The translations under genes and the position numbers were made by a program. The notes below the pieces were generated by a model. The model saw only the letters and a list, made by a program, of their open reading frames with translations, made no database searches and had not been told where the DNA came from. Positions 8,640-17,178 of a stretch of DNA of 44,804 nt are shown piece after piece (position 1 is the first letter of the stretch; every line of letters begins with the position of its first letter). The stretch spans positions 1 to 44,804 of IMG/VR virus record IMGVR_UViG_3300033150_001311; one strand, written 5' to 3'. Source of the stretch: a virus.

Positions 8640-8831
8640 CTAAAACCCAAGTAAGGAGCCGGTAAGGAGGAACATTTCCACAACTATCCGCTTGTCAAGG
8701 AACTCTTCCATGTATTGGGAAAGTGCCTCAATCTCGTCAGCCAGTAGGTCTCTGCCCAAAATCTCCCTGGCAATTGGTTGAACATCCTTCAGTTTTATAC
8801 TGAACAAATTTTTGTCTTGATTTACTCTCAT
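8640..8831 (-). CDS. Hypothetical protein (63 aa)
   Basis: ATGA overlap with the upstream gene; embedded in the replication operon. Confidence 0.5.
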   Translation of the reverse strand: MRVNQDKNLFSIKLKDVQPIAREILGRDLLADEIEALSQYMEEFLDKRIVVEMFLLTGSLLGF

Positions 8832-9037
8832 GTTATTCTCCTGCTATCAGATGTCTTATGAACTATCCTTCCATTTTCATGCTCTAACAAATCGTAGGCC
8901 AGAACGGGATGAGTTGTCCACGGGACTTTCAGATATATCGAGTGTCTGTAATTCTTGTTTTTCCAGTCCCATGACCGGAGTTCTCTTGTGTCCCCATCTG
9001 CCATGCCTCTGCTATTCCCCGAAGTCTCGATACCCAT
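8828..9037 (-). CDS. Hypothetical protein (69 aa)
   Basis: ATG preceded by GAGAGGTGAG. Overlaps the helicase 3-prime end by 26 nt. Confidence 0.45.
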   Translation of the reverse strand: MGIETSGNSRGMADGDTRELRSWDWKNKNYRHSIYLKVPWTTHPVLAYDLLEHENGRIVHKTSDSRRIT

Positions 9038-9866
9038 GGCTCACCTCTCGAAAACTCATTGTCTCACGGTTCCACTTCAACTCTACTTTACCGACTGGGC
9101 CGGAGCGATTCTTGGCAACATACAGATAGGCTTCATCATCATCTTCGTCCTCTTCTATGGAGTAGTATCCTGGTCGGTGAAGGAGCATCACGACATCGGC
9201 GTCCTGCTCAAGAGTCCCGCTGCCCCGCAGGTCGGACAGGCAGGGCACGCGAGATTCTCGTTTCTCTACTTCTCGGTTAAGCTGGCTTGCTGCAACGATA
9301 GGAATGTTCAGGTCTATTGCCAGCCTCTTTAGTCGGGAGCTTATAAGACTTACTTCTCTTTCTCCCGACATCCTAAAATCAAGATGCAGTAACTGTAGAT
9401 AATCAATAAATAAGACAGGCCTAACATCTCCGAACTCCTCTCCGAACTCTTCTCCGAACTTTTCAAGAAAGAACTCTTTATCGAGCCTAACCTCATCCAT
9501 GACATAGATTTTCCTTCTTGAAATCTTCTCCAAGGCAGCCCTTGCCACGCCCTTTTCCCGGTCAGTAATCTTCTTACTCTTAAGGCGGTGCATCCCGAGA
9601 CCAGATACTTGTGAAATCAATCGCTCTCCAATAAGTTGTTTGGACATCTCAAGTGAGACAATCACAGCAGGGACGTCTATATTCCAAGCAATCTGGAGTA
9701 ACAAGCTGCTCTTTCCCATCGAGGGTCTCGCGGCTATGATGATAAACTCGGCGGGAGACAAACCAAGAATCATGGAATCGAGACGGGAAAACCCCGTCTC
9801 AATCCCACGCCCAGAGTTCACCATATTGTGGGCGATACTGTTAATGTTATCCCCGAGTCGATACAT
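9012..9866 (-). CDS. DnaB-like replicative helicase (RecA-fold C-terminal domain only, 284 aa)
   Basis: Walker A ARPSMGKSSLLLQIA, SLEMS, Walker B LFIDYLQLL, and the DnaB signature ASQLNREVEKR...LSDLRGSGTLEQDADVVMLLHR. Confidence 0.9.
   Translation of the reverse strand: MYRLGDNINSIAHNMVNSGRGIETGFSRLDSMILGLSPAEFIIIAARPSMGKSSLLLQIAWNIDVPAVIVSLEMSKQLIGERLISQVSGLGMHRLKSKKITDREKGVARAALEKISRRKIYVMDEVRLDKEFFLEKFGEEFGEEFGDVRPVLFIDYLQLLHLDFRMSGEREVSLISSRLKRLAIDLNIPIVAASQLNREVEKRESRVPCLSDLRGSGTLEQDADVVMLLHRPGYYSIEEDEDDDEAYLYVAKNRSGPVGKVELKWNRETMSFREVSHGYRDFGE
9427..9462. repeat. 3 x 12-bp tandem repeat inside the helicase gene
   Basis: tctccgaactcc / tctccgaactct / tctccgaacttt, which encodes FGEE-FGEE-FGD on the minus strand. 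Confidence 0.9.
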
Positions 9867-9875
9867 GTCCTGCCC

Positions 9876-10223
9876 TTAAAAAGGAACGTACTCTTCGTCC
9901 GGCGGTGTCTTCGGTTTTGGCCTGCCGGGCTTAGGTGAAGATACAAGGTAGAAGTCGGTAATCTTCACCCCGAGCTGATTACCTCGGTCTGTCTTCCTGC
10001 CGTACAGCTCGCCTTGTCCAACAAACACAGACCCCCTCTGGTAGAACTTCGCAAGATTTTCCCCCGTCTTCCCGAAGGATACACAGGGGATAAAGTGGGT
10101 TTTCTTGTTGTCGCCCCACCCGCTCTCTACCGCAAGGGTAAAGGTGGTAAACGACCTGTCCCCGGAATAGGTCCTCACCTCTGGGTCTGCTGTTAAGTTG
10201 CCCTTAAGGAATACACTGTTCAT
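9876..10223 (-). CDS. ssb: Single-stranded DNA-binding protein
   Basis: OB-fold N-terminus MNSVFLKGNLTADPEVR, a Pro/Lys-rich linker and an acidic C-terminal tip DEEYVPF. Start set to the ATG at 10223, which has AGGAG 5 nt upstream. Confidence 0.85.
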   Translation of the reverse strand: MNSVFLKGNLTADPEVRTYSGDRSFTTFTLAVESGWGDNKKTHFIPCVSFGKTGENLAKFYQRGSVFVGQGELYGRKTDRGNQLGVKITDFYLVSSPKPGRPKPKTPPDEEYVPF

Positions 10224-10234
10224 GTTTGCTCCTT

Positions 10235-10480
10235 TCAATCAAGAATTGTCAACGTAGCCGACACCGGCTCTACCATTTCATGCGGGAGGAATACCCCGAT
10301 GCTTCCTGTTCTGGCATTGAGAACATACACAGTCTCTCGGCACAAAGTACTTGTCATTGAAACATACTCAGGATTCTGCCCCACCACTACAAAAATAGAG
10401 TTCCTGTGGCAGAATACCTCCCCGGGTTTCAGTTCTTTGATTGCAATTTCGTTAGATTCTCTCTCGTCTCTGATTTCCAT
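10235..10480 (-). CDS. Hypothetical protein (81 aa)
   Basis: ATG with AGGAG 8 nt upstream; tightly packed in the operon. Confidence 0.55.
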   Translation of the reverse strand: MEIRDERESNEIAIKELKPGEVFCHRNSIFVVVGQNPEYVSMTSTLCRETVYVLNARTGSIGVFLPHEMVEPVSATLTILD

Positions 10481-10483
10481 TCT

Positions 10484-10873
10484 TTAATCTCCTTTCCTGG
10501 GCGGAGGTACCGCCACTCCTTGCTCAGCACAATAACGGATACAGTACTCGATATATTTTGCCAGCCAGTGCTTGTCGAAAGAGCTTTTCGACAGGGTAAG
10601 CCCCTTCGGGAGAAAGATTAGGTGCTCTCTCATGAACCTCTCTTTCATATAGTAGTCTACCTCTTCGACAGTCCAGCCAAAAGACTCGGCAAAGGTAGAG
10701 TACACCGAGCCGTACAGGTACCTGTACTGGTTGGCGGTGGAGTCTTCCTGTGGAGACCGGATAACCAGCTCAACCTTCTGGTCTTTCTGCTTAGAGATAA
10801 ACTCTCTAAACATGTACTGATTGTCAAGCACGAGCTTGCCGTTTTCTATCTTACCATAGAACGTATACCGCAT
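10484..10873 (-). CDS. Hypothetical protein (129 aa); weak NinB/Orf-like pattern
   Basis: The ATG at 10873 lies 2 nt after the upstream stop, with GAGGG upstream. The track start (10891) is a TTG. ELVIRSPQEDSTANQYRYLYGSVY loosely resembles the NinB RS..QN motif. Low-confidence function. Confidence 0.5.
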   Translation of the reverse strand: MRYTFYGKIENGKLVLDNQYMFREFISKQKDQKVELVIRSPQEDSTANQYRYLYGSVYSTFAESFGWTVEEVDYYMKERFMREHLIFLPKGLTLSKSSFDKHWLAKYIEYCIRYCAEQGVAVPPPRKGD

Positions 10874-10875
10874 GT

Positions 10876-11802
10876 TCAGACCCTCGCCCAATCCAACGCC
10901 TCTTCTTTAGTCATAAAAAAGTGTACTCCCTGGGCACAGGCAATCCTGATGTCATCATTGTAACCGTCAGGACGATAAATCTTACCCTCTACGTACTTCC
11001 CTCCCCAAGCAGATTTTCCGCTGCCCTTCACAACCTTTACGTACTCTGCCCGACACTTTCGGCTTACCAGACAAGACGTTCTCTTTGCCCCCGCAGGGAT
11101 GTATATTTTCAGTACCTTATCCGTGGCGGCCTTCCATGCGTAGAAACCGCCCGTCTCGGGACAGATTTGGAAATTAGGAAGTGTTGCTCCTTCGAGATTG
11201 GCCCCTGACAAATTAGCTTCCATTAGGCTAACTCCCCACAAATTGGCCTCCCGCAGGTCGGCCTTTGTCAATATTGACCTTTGTAGATTGGCTCTTTGTA
11301 ATCTTGCTTTCTGTAAGTTGGCATTTCTCAAATTTACCTGATATAGGTCAGCTTGTAATAGATTGGTTTCCCGCAGGTCTGCTCTTTCCAGGTCTGCCTC
11401 TCTTATGACAGCATCCGCCAGTGTGGCCCCCCTTAAATTAGTCTCGCGGAGAAGGGCACTTCGCAGATTGGCTTTCGCCATCTTTGCGTTCTGAAAGTTG
11501 GCAAAACTAAGGTCAGCCACAAAAAGGTCGGCTGTACATAACATGGCCCCATCTAAAATGGCCTCCCTCAAGTTAGCCTCTGTTAAATCTATTTTCCGGA
11601 GGGATGTCTTAGATAAATTGGCCTTTGACAAGTTAGCCCCCGAAAGAGTTGAGTGTTCCAAGGATGCTCCCCGCAAATCTACCCCAGACAAATCAACCCC
11701 CCGCAAATTTTCCCCAATCAGAACAGCTCTTTCGCCTCCGCTTGCCCCATTTAACCATTTCTTGTGGTTTTCCAATATCTTTTTTAGCTTTGTGTTATCC
11801 AT
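10876..11802 (-). CDS. Pentapeptide-repeat protein with a non-repeat C-terminal domain
   Basis: About 40 consecutive A(D/N)LxX pentapeptides (ANLSKANLSKTSLRKIDLTEANLREAIL...). The roughly 90-aa C-terminal domain ends ...CAQGVHFFMTKEEALDW. Start is the ATG at 11802, in a TAAAATG junction with the upstream gene. Confidence 0.9.
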   Translation of the reverse strand: MDNTKLKKILENHKKWLNGASGGERAVLIGENLRGVDLSGVDLRGASLEHSTLSGANLSKANLSKTSLRKIDLTEANLREAILDGAMLCTADLFVADLSFANFQNAKMAKANLRSALLRETNLRGATLADAVIREADLERADLRETNLLQADLYQVNLRNANLQKARLQRANLQRSILTKADLREANLWGVSLMEANLSGANLEGATLPNFQICPETGGFYAWKAATDKVLKIYIPAGAKRTSCLVSRKCRAEYVKVVKGSGKSAWGGKYVEGKIYRPDGYNDDIRIACAQGVHFFMTKEEALDWARV

Positions 11803-11803
11803 T

Positions 11804-12079
11804 TTACTCTCCCAAATAATCTGCAATAAGCTTGTTTACTTTCGTGATAACATATGACACCTCGTCCCTTACGTTATCCAATGTGTTGAGTAAACTAAGA
11901 AGCAGTTGTTCCGGAGATTCCTCGATGCTAAGACTCTCCTGTCCAGATATAAACAAGGGGAGCAATACGATTTCCTCTCCGTCATCGCTTACGACAAGCT
12001 CCAGATGCTTCAATTCCGGAACCCTTCTCTTGATATCCTCAATCACTGAACAGAACAGGTCAATTTTATCTGTGTTCAT
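11804..12079 (-). CDS. Hypothetical acidic protein (91 aa)
   Basis: The ATG at 12079 overlaps the upstream TGA (ATGA). The track start at 12085 is a TTG. Confidence 0.55.
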   Translation of the reverse strand: MNTDKIDLFCSVIEDIKRRVPELKHLELVVSDDGEEIVLLPLFISGQESLSIEESPEQLLLSLLNTLDNVRDEVSYVITKVNKLIADYLGE

Positions 12080-12972
12080 TTCCAAAGCTCCGGATTAACC
12101 TTCCTACATAGATGGCGAACATCACAGAATCCATGACATCTCCGATACATGCCCTTTCGGTGTTCTATCGTAACCCCCTTCAGCTTTCTCTCTCGAATTA
12201 TCCGCTCGGCTTCTTCGTATGAGGGGATGGGAATCCTCTTCCCATCTTTCACGATGGTGGCAACCACGGCCTTCTTCACGCCCCTCCGCATTATCGCATA
12301 GCAATCAGGGGTTTTCCACCTGTCTTCATCACTGCACTGAGGAACCGGTTTGGTGGTGTACCTCTCTACACAAGCCCGTATCTTCTCTTCCGTCTTCTCC
12401 ACGCTCCAAGACGGGATTGGAATGTATAAGAACGGGGACCTCGGGTAGTCCGGCTCTATCGTCTTGCTCGCCATCCAGTCCCGGAGCTTCAGGGCTATGC
12501 TCAGTCGGGAGGCCACATCGTTGATATCTCCGCCCTTGAGTTTCCACAGCATGTACCGATATACATTAAGCTGGAATGTCCACTCCGGCTTGATACCGAG
12601 CTTGACCGACATGACTCCAGTATTCTTGACATCAATAATTTCTTTCTTCTTCGTGTGCCAAATGTCCAGACGGCCCGAGATTTTTATGCCGAACAAGTCT
12701 TTTGGCAAGCTCAGGGACAACTCCGCCACGAGGTCAGGGTTGTTCTTAGCTGCCTTCTCTATGATGGAATGGAGAGCCACTCCGTCAAGACGGTAGAACA
12801 TATCACTGACATCCACCTCAAACTCATCCCAGTACTTTAGCATAAGGTGCCTAATCATGGGCGGGTTAGGGAGCTGGGTTACGTAGAGAGCATCCTCATT
12901 GGGGCGGTAGGTTAAATCCTTCACCGCATCCACGAATATTTGAGGGGCCTCGAATTCGTTGGAAATCTTCAT
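12076..12972 (-). CDS. PD-(D/E)XK (RecB/Cas4-like) nuclease
   Basis: GRLDIWH...EIIDVKNT (D...D/ExK) followed by QLNVYRYML (QxxxY). C-terminal Cys cluster CHGFCDVRHLC. Start set to the ATG at 12972 with GGAG 7 nt upstream; the track start at 12984 is a TTG. Confidence 0.8.
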   Translation of the reverse strand: MKISNEFEAPQIFVDAVKDLTYRPNEDALYVTQLPNPPMIRHLMLKYWDEFEVDVSDMFYRLDGVALHSIIEKAAKNNPDLVAELSLSLPKDLFGIKISGRLDIWHTKKKEIIDVKNTGVMSVKLGIKPEWTFQLNVYRYMLWKLKGGDINDVASRLSIALKLRDWMASKTIEPDYPRSPFLYIPIPSWSVEKTEEKIRACVERYTTKPVPQCSDEDRWKTPDCYAIMRRGVKKAVVATIVKDGKRIPIPSYEEAERIIRERKLKGVTIEHRKGMYRRCHGFCDVRHLCRKVNPELWK

Positions 12973-13007
12973 AGTTTTCTCCAAAAAAAGTTTTGTTTTT
13001 TCGTACT

Positions 13008-13035
13008 GTTATACGTTTCAACGAGCTTTTTGTTC
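13008..13035 (-). promoter_or_regulatory. Conserved promoter-like motif P1 (GAAC-N16-CGTATAAC)
   Basis: The minus strand reads A/T tract-TTTTTGCGAACAAAAAGCTCGTTGAAACGTATAAC, about 35 nt upstream of the nuclease ATG. Same architecture as P2-P5. Confidence 0.6.
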
Positions 13036-13057
13036 GCAAAAATTTTTTTTATTTTTT

Positions 13058-13792
13058 TTACGGTATTCCTATAGCACAATCCTCACACAGCACCGCCTCC
13101 CAAACAGGATTATACTTGCCTATCTTCCATCCGCAGAAAGTGCAGATATTATCGTGGTACTCTTCGTCATAGTCTATCCAGTAATCATCGTAATCCTGAT
13201 AGGTCTGGACGAACTTGATATCTTTATACTTATTCCAGAACCTCCGAAACTTGGCTATCTGCCTTTTCATCACACTCAGGTCTACATAGCTCCACTCACT
13301 ATGTGCCCCCTGATATCCGATGCCAAGGTTAAAGCAGCACGCATCGGTATTCATAAAGGCAATATCAGAGAAACTGCCGATGCCAATGTTCCAGTATTCG
13401 AGCAGAGCATCTCTGAAACCTGGACTATCCAGCTCGTAAGTTACCACATCCTTGCCCGCCCTGTCGAACTCCACAATCCAATTGTAGTCTTTGAGGTCAT
13501 GAAACTGGGCGGTAGACCTCCCTTGCTCCTCAAGGTCAGTGAGCAGAAGGTCAGCTCCCAGCTCTCGGCTGAGAGAGAAGGCTATATCGCAGCCCAGCCT
13601 GTCGTCTAATCCGGTAGCAAATATCCTATTCTTGGTTACTCGCTTTATTCTGGGCGGCAGCACGGTGTCCACGTGTGCCACAAACAGCACACTCCCCCCG
13701 TTGTCGATAAAGATTCTTCTATTTTCGCCGACAGCTCCGAAGTGCTCAAATATTTCGGACGCCGGTCTCCACCAAAAGCTGTTCAGATTCAT
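13058..13792 (-). CDS. M20/M28/M42-like dinuclear zinc peptidase with a C-terminal CxxC...CxxC zinc ribbon
   Basis: Metal-ligand order FVAHVDTV (H.D), GLDDRLG (bridging D), DLEEQG (EE), SFSDI, GAHSE (H). C-terminus CTFCGWKIGKYNPVWEAVLCEDC. Start set to the ATG at 13792 (TAAAATG junction) rather than the track start at 13981, which overlaps the upstream gene. Confidence 0.6.
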   Translation of the reverse strand: MNLNSFWWRPASEIFEHFGAVGENRRIFIDNGGSVLFVAHVDTVLPPRIKRVTKNRIFATGLDDRLGCDIAFSLSRELGADLLLTDLEEQGRSTAQFHDLKDYNWIVEFDRAGKDVVTYELDSPGFRDALLEYWNIGIGSFSDIAFMNTDACCFNLGIGYQGAHSEWSYVDLSVMKRQIAKFRRFWNKYKDIKFVQTYQDYDDYWIDYDEEYHDNICTFCGWKIGKYNPVWEAVLCEDCAIGIP

Positions 13793-13793
13793 T

Positions 13794-14021
13794 TTATGCC
13801 CCGAAAAAATCCACGTAATCAAACAGCCCCTCCTTGAGCATTTGCTCACCCTCTCCCTGCGTCCAGTACGAGATATCCTCTCCCACGACCTCGCCCCCAT
13901 CAGATATCCACTGATGGATGAGCCGGTAGTGCATGGGGAACCCGCCTTTCCACAGGGAAACTGGGCTGTCCAGTTTTTCAAGAATCAAAATGTTATTGGC
14001 TCGGTACTCTTTCTTTAACAT
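13794..14021 (-). CDS. Hypothetical protein (75 aa)
   Basis: ATG with GAGGAG 5 nt upstream; 7-nt overlap with the upstream gene. Confidence 0.55.
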   Translation of the reverse strand: MLKKEYRANNILILEKLDSPVSLWKGGFPMHYRLIHQWISDGGEVVGEDISYWTQGEGEQMLKEGLFDYVDFFGA

Positions 14022-15265
14022 GCGGTCTCCTCAAGTATTTCTGCTTCGCAATCCTCACAAACTATTTTACCGTTTATCTCTCGCAGGTCATCGGACAAGT
14101 ACTCTTTCCCGCATATTTCACACGCTTCTGCTAAGCGATAGCAGTCAGGGCAAAGGTCAAGAGTCTCAATCTCTATGATACTGCTCTCGAAATATACCTC
14201 CCCGCATTCATCACACTCTACGGTTTCTGTGTCATAGCAATCCTTGCAAATGGCCATGTCTTCGCATTTTTTCATATCTTCCCGCTCTGTCTCTTGCCCG
14301 CATATCTCGCATTTAGTGTAGGTTTCTTCATAACATTCGGGACAATACATATCTCCGCAGTCGTCCTCTACCGCATCTTCGTAAGACACAACCTCTTCAC
14401 AAGCATAGCACCGTGTGTAGAGTTCATCGAAGCAACTTTCACATACCTCAGTGTTCGCTACTAACTGCTCAAAATCGCCGCATCTTTCACACCTCTCGGA
14501 GAAATGGCCGTCTGTGTTGTTAAGTGAAAGCGTAGCCCCCTCTTCGTCTGAATAAAGAGTTATGTATCCGCCCCCTTCTGGAACCGCATACTCGAAAATG
14601 TCCATGTAAGGCACGTGCCCATAGTCAAACTTTACGCTGGATACCATCTCCCCGATAGGCGGCTCATTAAGTTTCCAACCCTCTTTTTTAGCATAACTGT
14701 CGGCCACATCCCTTAACCACTCTGCGGTACAGTAGTATCGACTTACGTATGTCTCCCCGTTGTCCGCCTTGATTATCACCGCCCGCAGGCTATCATTACC
14801 GGACCGAACAACAAGAAGACCAAACTTATCTGGGTTATTGGCGTACATTTTTACGCAGTGCGACCTATGGCCGGACATGCAGGAATGCCCGCCGACTTCG
14901 TCCTTGTATGCCTTTACTATATCCTCTCCCCGCAGAATCTCTACCTGGCATCTCTCTTCATCATCCCAGATGTGCTCTTCTATCCTTACCGCGATGTCTC
15001 GAATGGCCGTATCGGACAGAAACTCTGTCAGTTTCAGTTTTCTGGTAAGATATCGAGCCGTTCTCAGCTTCACCCTGTTTCCCTTCGGCCCGTCATAAGC
15101 GATGAAACCAAAGATTCCATCTTCTGGGCGTGTCGGCTTCAGAAAATCTACTCTTTCGATATCTTCCATTGCCGCCCCGAAATCCTCTTTTGGTAGTTTG
15201 GTTATTTCACTAACCACCAAGCTTTTGATATACTCTGTCAAGTCTTTTGAACTACACACACTCAT
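14015..15265 (-). CDS. Paralog B: unknown N-terminal domain (SCMSG motif) plus five tandem CxxC...CxxC zinc ribbons
   Basis: 416 aa from the ATG at 15265 (GAGGG upstream). About 55% identical by eye to 15621..16838 over a 130-aa core (RYLTRKL...DIVKAYK..VGG.SCM.G...MYA.NPD...GNDSLRA...KAD.G.TYVSRYY.TA..L.DVAD.Y...GW). The C-terminal 150 aa is five repeats of C-x2-C-x(10-18)-C-x2-C. Confidence 0.8.
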   Translation of the reverse strand: MSVCSSKDLTEYIKSLVVSEITKLPKEDFGAAMEDIERVDFLKPTRPEDGIFGFIAYDGPKGNRVKLRTARYLTRKLKLTEFLSDTAIRDIAVRIEEHIWDDEERCQVEILRGEDIVKAYKDEVGGHSCMSGHRSHCVKMYANNPDKFGLLVVRSGNDSLRAVIIKADNGETYVSRYYCTAEWLRDVADSYAKKEGWKLNEPPIGEMVSSVKFDYGHVPYMDIFEYAVPEGGGYITLYSDEEGATLSLNNTDGHFSERCERCGDFEQLVANTEVCESCFDELYTRCYACEEVVSYEDAVEDDCGDMYCPECYEETYTKCEICGQETEREDMKKCEDMAICKDCYDTETVECDECGEVYFESSIIEIETLDLCPDCYRLAEACEICGKEYLSDDLREINGKIVCEDCEAEILEETAC

Positions 15266-15275
15266 TTTCCTGCCC

Positions 15276-15620
15276 TCAAAACTCAATATTCCGAATCGGT
15301 CTTGTCTCCGACACCTTGCTTCTTTTCTCCGTAATGACAACATAGTAATCGTCCTGCCTCAGCATGGCAAGAATGATTCTTTTCTGGACATCCGTTAGGC
15401 TGGCGTATTCAAAGGCTGCCACCATACCCTGTCGGCCCTCTCTGAGCATATACCGACAGACGCCCTCTTCTATCGCCTGCTCAAGAGTATATCCAAGAGA
15501 CCGGCAAGTTGCGGCGTGGTCTGTAGTTACAATAACTTCTCCGGTCCGCAGGATAAACCCGCCGGAACCACAGTGCTTGACCGGTACGCTTTTCAGGGAC
15601 TTCAACTTTTTTTCTATCAT
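15276..15620 (-). CDS. Hypothetical protein (114 aa) between the two paralogs
   Basis: The ATG directly follows the upstream TAA, with GGAGG 5 nt upstream. No recognisable motif. Confidence 0.6.
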   Translation of the reverse strand: MIEKKLKSLKSVPVKHCGSGGFILRTGEVIVTTDHAATCRSLGYTLEQAIEEGVCRYMLREGRQGMVAAFEYASLTDVQKRIILAMLRQDDYYVVITEKRSKVSETRPIRNIEF

Positions 15621-16838
15621 TTACGCCTCCACTACAGCTTTTTCTTGGCAGTCTTTGCACAGTGGTCTTTCTTTGTCTTTTATGTTGTCCCGAAGCTCCG
15701 CACCGCCACACTCCGAGCACAATTCTGTCCCATAAGCATAGCAATACGGACAAAGCAAAACTCCAGAGACCTTCACAAGGTTTCTTTTGAAAAACTCTTC
15801 TTCGCAATGACTGCATGAAGCCACATATTCATCATGGCAAGTATAGCAAACAGGATAACCCCCCACTTCAATTCTCGCCTCTATGGTCTCTCCACATACT
15901 TTGCATTCTGTGAAAAACAGGTCATAGCAATCTGGACAGCAAGGTTGACCGGCAGGACCCCGCAAGATATGCCTTTTCTCTGTTAATTCTCGGCAAAGGT
16001 CGCAGTATTCATATCTTGCCTCTAAACATTCATCACAGATACCTTCTGGCGAAAGCCCCCTACAGCCCTGTCCACACTCTGGGCATATGTAGAGTAACCA
16101 CCCAGAAGTAGCCCCCAGAATTACTTCTACCTCGTCGTTATTATAGGGCAAAAGGGTAAGATGATTCGGAGATTCTCTGTAGGCATACTGGAATATATCC
16201 ATATACGGAATCCCGCCCTGAATATACATCACGTTAGATACCTTCTCTTCTGGGGGTATTCCTGCTTCTCCATCTTGTCCCCATCCATGGGTCCAGCCTT
16301 GTTGTTTGATATAATTGTCCGCTACGTCTTCAAGGAACCTTGCAGTCCGGTAATACCGGCTGACGTAGGTCCTTCCACTGTCAGCCTTAACCAGAATTGC
16401 TCTGAGACTGTCATTACCGCAAGTAATAACCAGCATGCTGAAGATATCGGGGTTATCAGCATACATTCTTGTACAATCTGCGGAGTCTCCCGTCATACAG
16501 GACCTTCCACCTACATGGTTCTTGTACGCTTTCACGATATCATCTCCCCAAATCACCTTTATGTCGCACAGCTCTTCTGTACTCCACAGATGGAAGTTGA
16601 GTCGATGACTGAGAGACACAATCTTTGCCTCAGAAAGATATCTCCGCAAGTCGAGTTTTCTTGTCAAGTACCTCTGGGTTTTCAGCTTTCTTCGCTCTCC
16701 ATTCTTGTAGTCATGGGCGATGTACCCCACACTCCCGTCCTTGGGAGTCGAGGGGCTCAGAAAATCTATGGAGTCTATCTCATCCTTGTACAGGCCATAT
16801 ATCTTCAGCTCTCGTGTTAAAAACTCTTCAATACTCAT
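15621..16838 (-). CDS. Paralog A: unknown N-terminal domain (SCMTG motif) plus five tandem CxxC...CxxC zinc ribbons
   Basis: 405 aa from the ATG at 16838 (ATGA overlap with the upstream gene). Same architecture as 14015..15265. Confidence 0.8.
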   Translation of the reverse strand: MSIEEFLTRELKIYGLYKDEIDSIDFLSPSTPKDGSVGYIAHDYKNGERRKLKTQRYLTRKLDLRRYLSEAKIVSLSHRLNFHLWSTEELCDIKVIWGDDIVKAYKNHVGGRSCMTGDSADCTRMYADNPDIFSMLVITCGNDSLRAILVKADSGRTYVSRYYRTARFLEDVADNYIKQQGWTHGWGQDGEAGIPPEEKVSNVMYIQGGIPYMDIFQYAYRESPNHLTLLPYNNDEVEVILGATSGWLLYICPECGQGCRGLSPEGICDECLEARYEYCDLCRELTEKRHILRGPAGQPCCPDCYDLFFTECKVCGETIEARIEVGGYPVCYTCHDEYVASCSHCEEEFFKRNLVKVSGVLLCPYCYAYGTELCSECGGAELRDNIKDKERPLCKDCQEKAVVEA

Positions 16839-17092
16839 ATCAGCTTCGCTCCAACCTTTTCTCTGGTAACCATGCAGCATTCTTGTCCGTTTGTCTTGTT
16901 TATCTCCATACAGATACTACGGACATCCATGGCCCCTTTCTCTACGATAATCTCTATCACCAGAGAATCCTCTTCTCCAGACTTCCAGTATCCTGTTGCA
17001 GAGAAGAGGGTAAAGCTGTCAAAATATTTTCTTACGATTTCGACTATCCTGTCCCGATTGACATCCTCTGTGTAGATACGATACCTTACCAT
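16835..17092 (-). CDS. Hypothetical protein (85 aa), first gene of the P2 operon
   Basis: ATG at 17092 with GGAG 8 nt upstream. The track start at 17137 would run into the promoter motif. Confidence 0.6.
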   Translation of the reverse strand: MVRYRIYTEDVNRDRIVEIVRKYFDSFTLFSATGYWKSGEEDSLVIEIIVEKGAMDVRSICMEINKTNGQECCMVTREKVGAKLI

Positions 17093-17123
17093 ACTCAATA
17101 CTCCGAAAAAAAGTTTTTTGTTT

Positions 17124-17151
17124 TTTATACGCTGCAAAAGTTTTTTTGTTC
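17124..17151 (-). promoter_or_regulatory. Conserved promoter-like motif P2 (GAAC-N16-CGTATAAA)
   Basis: The minus strand reads TTGAACAAAAAAACTTTTGCAGCGTATAAAAAAC, about 30 nt upstream of the ATG at 17092. The following leader (AACAAAAAACTTTTTTTCGGAG) resembles the P1 leader (AACAAAACTTTTTTTGGAG). Confidence 0.6.
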
Positions 17152-17178
17152 AAGTTTTTTTCAAAAAAGTTTTTGCAC

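Noticed and set aside
13793-13981. Long N-terminal extensions of track ORFs: 13981 for the peptidase, 15343 for paralog B, 16880 for paralog A, 17137, 7608, 7031, 23826, 27676, 11826, 10891, 12984.
   Set aside because: Each extension overlaps the upstream gene or a promoter motif, and several begin at a TTG or GTG. In every case an internal ATG with a GGAG-type RBS sits at or within a few nt of the upstream stop.
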